Shown here: in pieces, positions 40,318 to 53,540 of the stretch
How positions within the stretch are numbered: the first letter of the stretch is position 1
How the letters are laid out: each line of letters opens with the position of its first letter
Source of the DNA: Octopus vulgaris
Lineage: Eukaryota
DNA length: 64,000 nt
Assembly (NCBI GenBank): GCA_951406725.2
Contig: OX597842.1
Span: 31,124,001-31,188,000 of the forward strand
Reading direction: 5' to 3'
The notes under the pieces: model-generated
What the model was told of the DNA's origin: nothing
The model's input: only the letters and a program-made list of their open reading frames with translations
Databases searched by the model: none
Program-made: the position numbers and the translations under genes

Positions 40318-40726
40318 GTGCCCCACCTACATGCTGTTGCAAGAACCAAGAGGAAGTAACCCATATACTACCAGGACACTTATTCGAAACCTGTGAATCT
40401 TACTGAGACATTTTGGCTACTCATTTCAACTTTTGGTGCTATATATATATATACATATATATACACACACATTACATTTTATACTTGGATTATATATATA
40501 CACACATATATATATATATATATACCCACTGAGCTACATCAAAAGACTATTTCTTTTTGCTATTGTACCAAAACCCTGCGGATTATTATTATTATTGTGA
40601 GCTTGCTTTCAGGAGGCAATTTACACGACAACAGCAAGGAGTACAACAAGGTTCCCCTCTCTGCTGCGTCCTCTTTCACTCTGTCTGGATTCTAAGCCTT
40701 TTTTTTTTTGGAATTCGTATTATGAC
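40318..40726 (+). other. DAG1: Probable 5' UTR portion of coding exon 1, implying an upstream non-coding exon
   Basis: Strong acceptor tactctgtcttctgtctcttccag| at 40317; no better acceptor seen before the ORF. Confidence 0.55.
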
Positions 40727-41656
40727 ATGGGCAGAAGGAAAGGCATTTCTACCACCACATCACCAAGCTCTGCTGTGACAGCCAGCAGCGTAGCTGTACT
40801 CTCCTCCGACTATCACCACCAACGCCTCCCCTCGGATTGTACGACCCCCACCACGACCACCGCCGCAGTCAGCACAGGTGTCCGCTCACCCCAACACTAC
40901 CACCCCTATAATAACTACAGCCACCGAAGCAGTGGTTGTGGTGGTGGGGGTGGCAGTAGCGGTAAGAGTAGGAAAATGCGCTGCTACTCTGAGAACGACA
41001 ACATGACCACCACTACTGATGTGGACTCTGATGCTTCCTCATCCTCCTTTTGTTACTCTCCCCGCCACAATCACCACCACCACCATCATCATCAGCCCCA
41101 CCCCCACAGTATTGTTGCTCCCGCCAACACAGCCCTGTCGGTGATGAGCCCTCCCAGCCGCAGCAATGACAAGGACACGACCCGTGCTCCCTGTTGCTCT
41201 GCTCCTTGCTTGGCCCTAGAGACCCTTTCGTCATCCACACTGCTGCTCCCGGCCGCTTCCTCACCCACCCACATGGCCCCACACAGACGCCGCTTCCTCT
41301 CGCCCCTCCGCCTCTGGACGACACTCATCCTGTGCATTGCACTGCTGATGCAGCCAACCTTTGCGGAGATAGTACCCTTGGGCAATTCCATGCAACTGGT
41401 AACCGGGGGCGGGCCCAGCAAGCAGCTGAAGCTCAACGACATCCAAAGTTACTTGAAGTCCCTCGACAAAAGCAAAAAGGGAGAGGCAAATCTTGCAGCC
41501 ACCACCGCCGCCGCCGCCGTTCATCGCGACCCCGTTAAGGACCGGGAGCCCGTGTCGTTAATGTGGGGTATTGGAGATACGACAGCCTACGTAGGACGCT
41601 TGTTTACCTATCCCTTACCAAATGATGCGTTCAAAGGAGAGATAAAGTCATTCAAG
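40727..41656 (+). CDS. DAG1: Dystroglycan coding exon 1: signal peptide and start of the first Ig/cadherin-like domain. The most conventional start is ATG 41273 (MAPHRRR...); the ORF is open from ATG 40727.
   Basis: Hydrophobic leader LRLWTTLILCIALLMQPTFA|EIV. WGIGDTTAYVGRLFTYPLPNDAFKGEIKSFK aligns with human DAG1 [31 protein letters not shown]. Donor AAG|GTAGGT at 41657, phase 0. Confidence 0.9.
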
Positions 41657-41842
41657 GTAGGTACCCCATCTCTTGCACTTTTCATTTCTCTCCTTTTGCA
41701 TTGCTTTTGTATTGATTTCTGCTCCATCCCTTCGACCACCCCCACTGCTGCCCCTTTTTTTTAACCCTTTCGTGTTTGGATTATTCTACCAAATGTGATA
41801 CTTATTTATTCACATCTTTCTCTCTCTTCTTTTACTCTACAA

Positions 41843-42138
41843 TCCCATTTATGCGTGATCGTTACCAACGTCGCCTTACTGGCACCTGTGCCGGTGGCAT
41901 GTGTAAAAAGATTTGAGCGAGGTCGTTGCCAGTACCGCCTGACTGACCCCCGTGTCAGTGGCACGTAAAAAGCACCCACTACACTCACGGAGTGGTTGGC
42001 GCTAGGGAGGGCATCCAGCTGTAGGAGCACTGCCAAGTCAAGATTGAAGCCTGGTGCAGCCATCTGGTTCACCAGTCCTCAATCAAATCGTCCAACCCAT
42101 GCTAGCATGGAAAGCGGACGTTAAACGATGATGATGAT
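41843..42138 (+). mobile_element. Family D LINE 3' UTR
   Basis: Consensus match with (GAT)n tail. Confidence 0.7.
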
Positions 42139-42383
42139 CCCCATTCCCTGCGAGTATCCCTTGGCACTTGCCCCTCTCCCGCTCTTGCTACCTCCTACTC
42201 CCTTTCTCTCTCCCTTTGGCTGTGTAAGCTTATATCTCCTCCACAGCAACAAACCAGTTTCTGCCCTCATTCTTGATCACTCTCTCTCCAACCATCGCTT
42301 GCCCTTACCTCTGCCTAGGTAGCCATGTACCTCCTTAGAAACAGCACACCTGTTTCTGCCCTCCTCCTCTCTGGCCAGCTAAC

Positions 42384-42618
42384 CTATTTCTTTATTGCCC
42401 ACAAGGGGCTAAACATAGAGGGGACAAACAAGGACAAACAAAGGGATTAAGTCGATTACATCGACCCCCCCAGTGCGTAACTGGTACTTAATTTATCGAC
42501 CCCCGAAAGGATGAAAGGCAAAGTCGACCTCGGCGGAATTTGAACTCAGAACGTAGCGACAGACGAAATATAGCTAAGCATTTCGCCCGGCATGCTAACG
42601 TTTCTGCCAGCTCACCGC
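42384..42618 (-). mobile_element. SINE B
   Basis: Reverse-complement consensus match. Confidence 0.8.
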
Positions 42619-43403
42619 TAACCATGTACCTCTTCTATAGCAAGTCCTCTCCGTCACACTTCAAACCCAGCGTTTCTCAACCGTAAGACCATGCGTTCTC
42701 ATTATATGTCTTATTTTCTATTGTTTTATGTGTTCCAGTCATTTGACTGTGGCCAAGCTGCAGCACCACCTAGATAGATATGACGGGGGCTTTCAGTTTC
42801 TGTCTACCAAATCCACTTGCCCAAGGTGCCATGCAGTGTGACTGAACCCGGAGCCAAGTAGTTGGGACTGATCTGGGTCAATGCACCGACCCAGGTCAGT
42901 GACCTTTGTCTGGGGTGAACCTTCAGTGGTGCGGAGAGGGGGAGGGGAAAGCGAGGTTCGTTAGTAACGTAGCCAGTCCCTCTGTGGAAGTTCCCGCCTC
43001 CCCCCCCTACCCCTGCCCCATGGGAAAGTGCACGCATGTCTGGATAGGCACGGTCACCCTTCAGTGACAGGGGGGCTGCTATGTTGTACGGCAGATAAGC
43101 TTGTGCGTCAGCGTAGCCTTGGGGAACATGTAGGAATAGAACACTTCCACAGGTCTCTTGTGAGTGTAACATAATAGCTATAGAGAAGTAATAATAATAA
43201 TAACAATAATGGCTGGTTCTGCTCTCTCTCTTATTCCTTAATAATGATATGAAATGGAAAGAAACAATAATGTCAGTATGAAAATAAACTAAAAAGATGA
43301 TGATGATGATGATACAATGTTTGTGTTTACATTCATATTTGTGTGTGTGTATGTGTATTCACATGGAGCTTCATCCATGCTGTGTATATGTACTTGATCA
43401 CTA

Positions 43404-43439
<36 letters not shown>

Positions 43440-44374
43440 TGTGTACAGTGCTCAGGTGCACTGCAACTCATCTAAAGTGTATATATAATCAGGTGTAGTT
43501 TCGACGGATTTCGGAAAGCATGAGGGCCTTAAAGGATGCAATGTCATGGCAGTCAACAACTGACGCAGGCAGTTTATTACACATTACATATATATATATA
43601 TATATATATATTCTTCGTCTGCCGAAAAAGGCATTTTTTTCCAAATACGCCAGCTAAACTAAGTTGTACTGTCTATTAGTCGTAAGACACCCGCTGTTTT
43701 TGTCCTGTTTTTACTATTATTGTTTTTTGTATTTTATATTCGTGTAACATTGTCCGTTTTTCTGTCCCTGTTTCGTATACATTCGATCCTTTTTCCAAGA
43801 AATCTAATGCTCGTAGCTTAGTTTTTCCTTGGGGTTGGCCGCATCGGAGCAATCTCAAGATTAATCAGCCGAAATTGCGAGGATGATCCGGTTCTTGACT
43901 GAAGATTGAAGGCTTCGAATGTCCCGTCCGTGTTTTTTGTATCGTCTTCTAAATGTTTTATGTTCTTGTCCCAGTTTGTATTTTTCTACACATAAAAAAA
44001 TATATATATATATAGCTACATGGTTTCGGGTTCAGTCCCACTGCGTGGCACTTTGGGTAGGTGTCTCCCACTATAGCCTCAAGCCGACCGGAGCTTTGTA
44101 ATTGAATTTGGTAGGTGGAAGTTACTGCCGTGTGTATCTGTGTGCGTATAGCTGCTCAGTGCCTCTCCGAAAGAGAGAGAGGGAAACGAACACACACACA
44201 CTATATATATGTGTATGGTTATACAAGTGTATCTGATACTTTCTGTTAACCGTTGTCAGTCTGGGTACCAATATGCAATTAACTCTCTAACCCAAATGCT
44301 TGTTTTTTATGTCAGATCGTATCTAAAACAATTTAATATGAAACTGGAGGATTATTTAGTACTCCAGTTGTATG

Positions 44375-44406
<32 letters not shown>

Positions 44407-44408
<2 letters not shown>

Positions 44409-44630
44409 GCGGTGAGCTGGCAGAAACGCTAGCATGCTTTTCGTAGCCGTATTTCGTCTGCCGTTACGTTCTGTGTTCCAAATTCCTCCGAGGTCGACTT
44501 TGCCTTTCATCCTTTCAGGGTCGACAAAATTAAGTACCAGTTACGCACTGGGGGTCGATGTAATCGACTTAATCCGTTTGTCCTTGTTTGTCCCCTCTGT
44601 GTTTAGCCCCTTGTAGGTAGTAAAGAAATA
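44407..44630 (+). mobile_element. SINE B
   Basis: Consensus match. Confidence 0.8.
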
Positions 44631-44712
44631 TATATATGCGTGTGTGTGTGTGTATGTAGTTGTGTATAAGTATGTATGTGTATATGTATTTGTATGTATT
44701 TATGTATGTATA

Positions 44713-45725
<1,013 letters not shown>

Positions 45726-46751
45726 TAACTGTCACAAAAGGGAGAGATATATGTATGTCTATATTGTGTGTGTGTGTATATTCATGTATGTGTATATATA
45801 TTTCTCCTGCACACAGACTAAGAAGGAATTTAAGATTTTAGAATATTCATGGAGATATACGGTCTCTGAGTGAACGCATGTGAGTTCTTGAGCAAGGCCC
45901 TTCATTCCACCTTCTTTAAGTTTCTCGCAGCCTGTCAGAGAATCAAAAGGGTCTCATCTGCTCCTTACTCAATAAGCACCGGCGCCATCCACATTTAAGT
46001 TCCACTTTTCCATGCTGGCATGGGTTGGATAGGAGGAACTTGCAAGGCCAGGGTCCACAGGAGGTTCCGTGTCTGTTTTGGTTTTGGTTTCCACAGCTGT
46101 ATACCCTCCCCCCCTCACACCAACCACTCTACAGAGGGCACTGGGTGCTTTTTACGTGACACCAGCACTCACACTAATGCTTGTCTTACATGACACTTTG
46201 GTTTTAGGATCTCCATTCTGTTGTGGTGGGCAGGTCTTCTTGGCTACAGCAATGTGCCGCAAAAGCATGGCGTTGTTCATTGGTGAAGAAGTTTGCTTCC
46301 CGACCACAGTGGTCTCAGGTTCAGTTCCACTGTGTGGCACCTTGGCAACTGTCTTCCCCTATAGCCCTGGGCTGACCACCCAAAGCCTTGTGAATGATGG
46401 GGAATACGACACCGATATTAGTAGTAGTAGTAGTAGTGTTTTGAAGGCCTCCATCTGTGTTACTGCGTGAGAATTACATTAGGGTTACACGTGTCCATGG
46501 GATACTCGGCCACTCCTCGCACTTAATTCGGTTGATTGAACAGCAGATTGATAATGATTGTCTGATTCAACTGACGATCAATATCATACTTGGTTCCTAT
46601 CGTAGTGGTGTGTGTGTGTGTGTGTGTGTGTGCACGTGTATAAAGGTGTGAGGGAGTGTGTGGTAGTGGGCCTGTGTGTGTGTAAATGTGAGTGAGAGGC
46701 TTTGATTGTGTGTGTGTGTGTGTGTGTGTAAGGTTTTATGATAAAGTGTGT

Positions 46752-47489
46752 TGGAAGCACTCCGTCGGTTACGACGACGAGGGTTCCGGTTGATCCGAAT
46801 CAACGGAACAGCCTGCTCGTGAAATTAACGTGTAAGTGGCTGAGCACTCCACAGACACGTGTACCCTTAACGTAGTTCTCGGGGATATTCAGCGTGACAC
46901 AGAGAGTGACAAGGCCGGCCCTTTGAAATACAGGTACAACAGAAACAGGAAGTAAGAGTGAGAGAAAGTTGTGGTGAAAGAGTTTATGTTCGTCCTTCGG
47001 TTCGAAGATGACCAACTGACATCAACTGATGGTACTGCCGCCATGAGACCGGAGGTGGCTGGTGAGGCCAATCCGGGCAAGGAAGCCCCTCCCACAGGTG
47101 GGGCAGAAGTGGGTAGGGGCCGTGCTACTGGTGCAGGTGGCTCTGGCTTTACGCATCTGACGTTTCTGCTCCGCTGACCGAATCCGTCCCTCCTCGGCTG
47201 TCCCTGCTCCCACGGTGATTGCGCTGCGCCAGGATGAGCGGTTGGCAGCAAGTGTCTCCCAGGTCTCTGTTCCGATGGAAAAGTCTTTGAGGGAGACCTT
47301 GAGACTATCCTTGTAGCGCTTCTACAAGGTGAAAGAGTACAGCAGGGATCACCACCATCCCCTGCCGGAGCCTCGTGGAGCTTTAGGTGTTTTCGCTCAA
47401 TAAACACTCACAACGCCCGGTCTGGGAATCGAAACCGCGATCCTATGACCGCGAGTCCGCTGCCCTAACCACTGGGCCATTGTGCCTCC
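46752..47489 (-). mobile_element. SINE C, tail type 2, interrupted by a LINE fragment
   Basis: 12 bp TSD GATAAAGTGTGT (46740-46751 and 47490-47501); near-identical to 59064-59446. Confidence 0.9.
46984..47327 (-). mobile_element. 5'-truncated RTE-clade LINE (ORF C-terminus and short 3' UTR)
   Basis: Translates KRYKDSLK...WETLAANRSSWR...CPTCGRGFLARIGLTSHLRSH (C2H2-like); 11 bp TSD GGTGAAAGAGT (46973-46983 and 47328-47338). Confidence 0.88.
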
Positions 47490-47644
47490 GATAAAGTGTG
47501 TACGTGTGCAACGAAGATAAAAAGCCTCACTGCCGCATTGTTACTCCTCTCTCACACTCGAGTGTCATACTCCACTCCACTCCACACACTCACACTCACC
47601 TCTTTATCCTAACAGCTGACTGACAAAAAAGATCTCTTCTTACC

Positions 47645-48090
47645 TTGTTTAGCTCCAGGTCAGTCCTCATCGAGACAGCCTCATGATCAAAGATGCTCCA
47701 GCTGTGACCATCCTGTCTTCTATTCAGGCATAGTGTATCTAGGACTACATTATCCAATGTATAGTATTGTAGTTAGTATTAGTGGCTACAGTTCTTGTTG
47801 TTTAGCCCCAGGTCAGTCCTGATCCAGAGACAGACCTATGATCAAAGATGTTCCAGCTGTGACCATCCCATCTTTTATTCAGACATAGTGTATCTAGGAC
47901 TACATTATCTAATGTATAGTATAGTTGTTAGTATTAGTGGCTATAGTTATTGTTTAACCCTAGGTCAGTCCTGATCCCGACAGAGCCATGATCAAAGATG
48001 CTCCATCTGTGACCATCCCATCTTTTATTCAGACATAGTATATCTAGGACTACATTATCTAATGTATAGTAAAGTAGTTAGTATTAGTGG
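47645..48090. repeat. Tandem repeat, ~150 bp x3
   Basis: caggtcagtcct...atgatcaaagatg...ctaggactacattatc...tagtattagtgg occurs three times. Confidence 0.9.
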
Positions 48091-49609
48091 TTGTTGTACA
48101 GCCTTCAGTTTTACACGACATCATTGTAAGATTCAACAAAGGTTTAACTGTTATTTCTAGCAAATCTGATCACCCTAACCCTGGTTCCTTTCATTGTTCG
48201 GTTGACTGATTCCTACAATTTCTATTCCAGCCAAATTAATTATATAATGTCATACATAATTAATGAGTTCATTAGGTAATCAATTAATCCTAATATTTGA
48301 TGAAGTTGTACCAAATTTCTCTGTCTGACCAGTGCAGGAAACATTGATGGGAGGGGGGGGTAGTCACTTGTGTGCTATGTAGAGGGAGAGGCTTCCTTGC
48401 CACAACATCACTGAACTGTGGCCATGCTGGAGCACCGCCTTTAGTCGAGCAACTCGACCCTGGGACTTATTCTTTTGTAAGCCCAGTACTTATTCTATCG
48501 GTCTCTGCAACTTTCAATCGTTCACCCATCTTTCCTGTTTTTCTCAAACCCTTTCCTGTGCCGTCCACCCCATTCAACTTTGAAGGGCTCAACTTGGCCC
48601 CTTACCACTGCTCTTTCCAGCTCTACTTCAATAACCTCTGCCCACTCTTTACTCTTTACTATTTTACTTGTTTCAGTCATTTGACTGCGGCCATGCTGGA
48701 GCACCGCCTTTTAATCGAGCAACTCGACCCGAGACTTATTCTTTGTAAGCCCAGTACTTATTCTATCGGTCGTTTTTGCCGAACCGCTAAGTGACGGGGA
48801 CGTCACTTGCAGCTTGGAGCAAGGAGGGTACATATATGTGGTCACCCACCTTGCTAAAAATAACAGTTTGTTGCTACCTTCACTGCTGTATGTCACATTA
48901 CTGATGCCACAGGCTGACTGGATCACAGCAGGCCTGGATGAAAGCCTCAACTTCCTGTTATTAATTTGTTTCGGATTGCAGTGGTACCTTGTGTTGTGTT
49001 TTCCCCTCCCGTGAAAGCACGTGGCTTAGTGCTAGGGTATAGGGTTCGCGATTGTAAGGTCAGGAGTTCAAATCCTGGCTTCACAACCACTATGTGGATT
49101 TGGGCTCAATCTTACTGCACACCACCTTGGACAAGTGTTTTCTATTCAAGCCCTGGGCTGACCGTAGGCCTTGTAAGTGGGTTTGGGCATGGGACCCCGG
49201 CCATGCTGGGGCACCTTTTTCACCTTGGTACTTGTTCTATTAGTTTTTTTTTGCTGAACCTCTAAGTTACGAGGATGTAAACACACCAAGGCTGGTTGCC
49301 AAGCAGTGGTGTGGGACAAACACAGACACATCTGATGGGCTTCTTTCAGTTTCCATCTACCAAATCCACTTGCCCAAGCTGCCATGCAGTGGGACTGAGC
49401 CCAGAACCATGTGGTTGGGAAGTAAGCTTCTTAGCACACAGCCACATTGTATGTATATATGTGTGTATATATATCTATCTATCTACCTCTATTCACACAT
49501 ACAGATTTCCATATACGTGTGTCTGTACATCCCTTACATATACACACACATACATACACTGCATGGTCCATCAGTACATACTACATATGCATACATATGT
49601 GCACATACA

Positions 49610-49653
<44 letters not shown>

Positions 49654-49655
<2 letters not shown>

Positions 49656-50058
49656 CGCAGGAGTGGCTGTGTGGTAAGTAGCTTGCTTCCCAACCACATG
49701 GTTCCGGGTTCAGTCCCACTGCGAGGCATCTTGGGCAAGTGTCTTCTGCTATAGCCCCGGGCCGACCAATGCTGTGTGAGTGGATTTGGTAGACGGAAAC
49801 TGAAAGCCCGTTGTATATATGTTTATATATATAAGTGTGTGTGTATATGTTTGTGTGTCTGTGTTTGTCCCCCTAGCATTGCTTGACAACCGATGCTGGT
49901 GTGTTTATGTCGCCGTTACTTAGCGGTTCGGCAAAAGAGACCGACAGAATAAGTACTGGGCTTACAAAGAATAAGTCCCGGGGTCAATTTGGTCGATTAA
50001 AGGCGGTGCTCCAGCATGGCCACAGTCAAAAGACTGAAACAAGTAAAAGAGTAAAAGA
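49654..50058 (+). mobile_element. SINE A, full length
   Basis: Near-consensus copy. Confidence 0.88.
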
Positions 50059-50420
50059 AAATACACACACACATACATGTTTAACCTTTTGAATTTAAAT
50101 TTGAACTTTAAGCTCTCCCAATATGAACACTGATGTGAATTTAATTTCCAGGCATTGGCCTCTCTATATATCCGTCTGTCCATCAATCTGCCAAGCTATA
50201 TATATACACACATATATAGATATATGTCTAGTGTACCCACGTTCGTTATTGTCTTTGTCGTTTACATTATAATGTGTAATGAAGTTGTAATGCAGGAAAC
50301 AAGGGAGGGGTGGGGGTCGGAGGGTAGATGGTTGAGGGGAGAGGCCAGAGTAGTGGATGTATGTAGAAGTTGGTTGATGGGAACTCCGTGTAGACAAAAC
50401 AATATATCTATGGGTGTATG

Positions 50421-50464
<44 letters not shown>

Positions 50465-51067
50465 GTTGTGTGGTAAGTAGCTTGCTAACCAACCACATGG
50501 TTCTGGGTTCAGTCCCACTGCGTGGCATCTTGGGCAAGTGTCTATAGCCCCGGGCCGACCAATGCCTTGTGAGTGGATTTGGTAGTCGGAAACTGAAAGA
50601 CTGGCTTCTGTGCCGGTGGCACATAAAAAGCACCATCAATCTAGTTTCAACCCCTGGATGCCCTTCCTAATACCAACCACTTCACAGATTATGCCAGGTG
50701 CTTTTTGTGTGGCGCCAACAGCAGCAGTTGAAGTCAGTGGGTAACTCATGAGACATGACCTGCCCCCCGACCCCCTCACTGCCTTAGGGTCCGTAATAAG
50801 AACAGTAAGAAGCAACCCCAACCACGGGAAAACCAGTTCTTGCTCTTTTTTTTTTAATCTTTCCCAATCCAACATGATTAAATCTACCAAGAAGGTGAGG
50901 TGGTGGTGGTGGTTAAACTTCCCAGTGTTCAGGTTACAGAAACGTGCAAGAGCCCCACACTACCACCACCTAGTTATGTACTGGGGTCACCGTTTTAAAC
51001 TCAACCCCTCATCTCAAAATTAATGTCCAAAATGAGAAAGAACTATCTTAATTATTATTGAAGACAA

Positions 51068-51400
51068 CGAACTGGCAGAATTATTAGCACATTGGACGAA
51101 ATGCTTGGCAGAATCGTTTGCACGTCGGGCGAAATGCTTAGCAGTACTTCTTCTGCCGCTACATTCTGAGTTCAAATTCCGCCGAGGTCGAATTTGCCTT
51201 TCATCCTTTCAGAGTCAATTAAATAAGTACCAATTACGCACTGGGGTCGATGTAATCGACTTAATCCGTTTGTCTCTCCTTATTTGTCCCCTCTGTGTTT
51301 AGCCCCTTGTGGGCAATAAAGAAATAGGTATTTCATCTGTTGCTATGTTCCGAGTTCAAATTGCACCAAAGTTGACTTCACATTTCATCTTTTTGGGGTT
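51068..51400 (+). mobile_element. SINE B with a partial second unit
   Basis: Consensus match; junction at ~51325. Confidence 0.75.
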
Positions 51401-53108
51401 AAGCCAAGGATTGGAGTGCCTGTAATTTGTTCCCTCCTCACCTGAAATACTGCTGGCCCTGGGGCCAAAATTTGAAACCATTTGTTGAAGCAGCAAGTTG
51501 GTAGATTGGATTTCGTTTGGGGCAAAATGCTATACGGGTGTAATTTGAGGGATGGTTTGACAGTAGCTGGTAAGGCCAGGGGCCACATTAGGTTCCATCA
51601 TCTGCCCTGGCATGGCTTCTACAGCTGCATGCCCTTCCTAACACCAACCACTCCATAGAGTGTATTGAGTGCCCATCATATATGCATATGATGGGCTTCT
51701 TACAGTTTCCACTTACCAAACCTTGCCTGCATCCTGATTCAGGCAGCGGGTTGGGGTGTCAGGCAGAGTTTAGAAGGATCTGGTGTGAAAGTTAAAAATT
51801 GACCCCTTCTGTTCTGATAAAACATTGACTGTCAGAGGAGATTAGTGGAAGATGGCATTGAATGAAGTGGGGGGTGGGGTGGAGAAATAGATAAGCGTGC
51901 GTGTGTATAGATATATGTATATATCAACAGCTGTGGCATCTTCCCACGAGTATAGCTGGCTGTGTATACAAGGGTTGGGTGTGTATGTGTATATTTATGC
52001 TCGGCCGTATGTGTGTGCATATACATACACACATACATGTATAAACACACATACACATATATATATAGTTATCTAAATATATATATATATATTTAGATAT
52101 AGATGTGTATATATGTATATATATTTAGATATAGATGTGTGTGTATATATATATATATGTATAAATGTGTGTAATGCATATAGCTTGGTTGTATTTCTCA
52201 GAATGGTGTGGGAATTAATGGGGGGGGGGGGCAGTCTTGTGAAAGTTGACGAAATGTCAGGTGACCTGTGTGTGTGTGTATCTGTCTGTGCTTATGTGTA
52301 TGTGCATTAGATATTTATATATATCTATGTATGTGTGCATGAATATGTGTGTGTATTTGTGTAGATGTATGTAAGCTTACACAGACATACTACCATAGTA
52401 AATTTAACTATTTTTTTCCGTAGATTTAAAAGCGAAACTGGTAAACAACCTTAATCGATTCTCAACCCTTTTTGTTGTCTCAAAACACTTTAATTAATAT
52501 CCTGGTGTGTGGCTCCCCCTGTGTGCCCCTAGGGTTAGATATGCCTTTCTTTGCCTTAGCCTCGATTTCACCTATAATTTATCTGTGAAAATTTGTAGAC
52601 CAACATAGTGTCTGTGTGTCCCTTTGTATCCTGTAACTTAGCAGTTTGCCAAATAGTGACTGGTAAAAACAAGTTGCAGACTTGGGGGTCAATAAGAAAG
52701 AAAACTAAAACCTTCAAAGGTGTGCTCCAGCATGGCCACAACCCAATAATTGCGGCCATGCTGGAACAGTAGGGTGGTACCTCTCCTGTATGGAAGGCAG
52801 AAGTTAAGGGATGATGATTGGACAGTGGTGGTCAGTGTCCCAGGACTGACCCTTCTGTCCACTAAGCTTGCTGGCCTTGGGTCAAACGATTATGTCAGAG
52901 TGGAAGATTTTTAAGTGGAAACGGTGACATCAGATGAACACGTTGGATGAAAACCAGAAGGAATAGTTGAACTAGACAAGATGGCGGACCTAGTCGAGAT
53001 TTCATCTTTTGGGACATCGTTCTTCTAGCTTACATACTGACCAACATTGAAAATAATTTTGTTGTCAGCTTAACCCATTTGCTTGAGAAGACCCTTTCTA
53101 CTTCGATA

Positions 53109-53273
53109 GGCGCAGGAGTGGCTGTGTGGTAAGTAGCTGGCTTACCAACAACATGGTTCCGGGTTCAGTCCCACTGCGTGGCACCCTGGGCAAGTGTCTT
53201 CTACTATAGCCTCAGGTCGACCAAAGCCTTGTGAGTGGATTTGGTAGACGGAAACTGAAAGAAGCCCGTCGTA

Positions 53274-53326
<53 letters not shown>

Positions 53327-53540
53327 TTGTGTGTCTGTTTGTCCCCTAGCATTGCTTGACAACCGATTCGGGTGTGTTTACGTCCCCGTTACTTAGCGGT
53401 TTGGCAAAAACGACCGATAGAATAAGTACTGGGCTTACAAAAGAATAAGTCTCGGGGTCGAGTTGCTCGATTAAAAGGCGGTGCTCCAGCATGGCCGCAG
53501 TCAAATGACTGAAACAAGTAAAATAGTAAAGAGTAAAGAG
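53109..53540 (+). mobile_element. SINE A, full length; probable donor of the inverted duplication at 48506-48803
   Basis: Near-consensus copy carrying private variants. Confidence 0.88.

Noticed and set aside
41657-41764. ORF continuation after the donor (and 61295-61360 before the acceptor)
   Set aside because: Intronic read-through; dystroglycan homology stops and starts exactly at the splice sites.
43890-43930. CTGAAGA...cGAAT hammerhead-like string (also CTGATGA at ~27554 and ~38747)
   Set aside because: No GAAA, stem III and NUH arrangement; explained by TE sequence.
47420-47489. tRNA-like sequences with A and B boxes
   Set aside because: SINE heads continuing into SINE bodies; no closed acceptor stem or terminator.
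48172-48182. CCCTAACCC telomere-like motif
   Set aside because: Only about 1.5 units; expected by chance.
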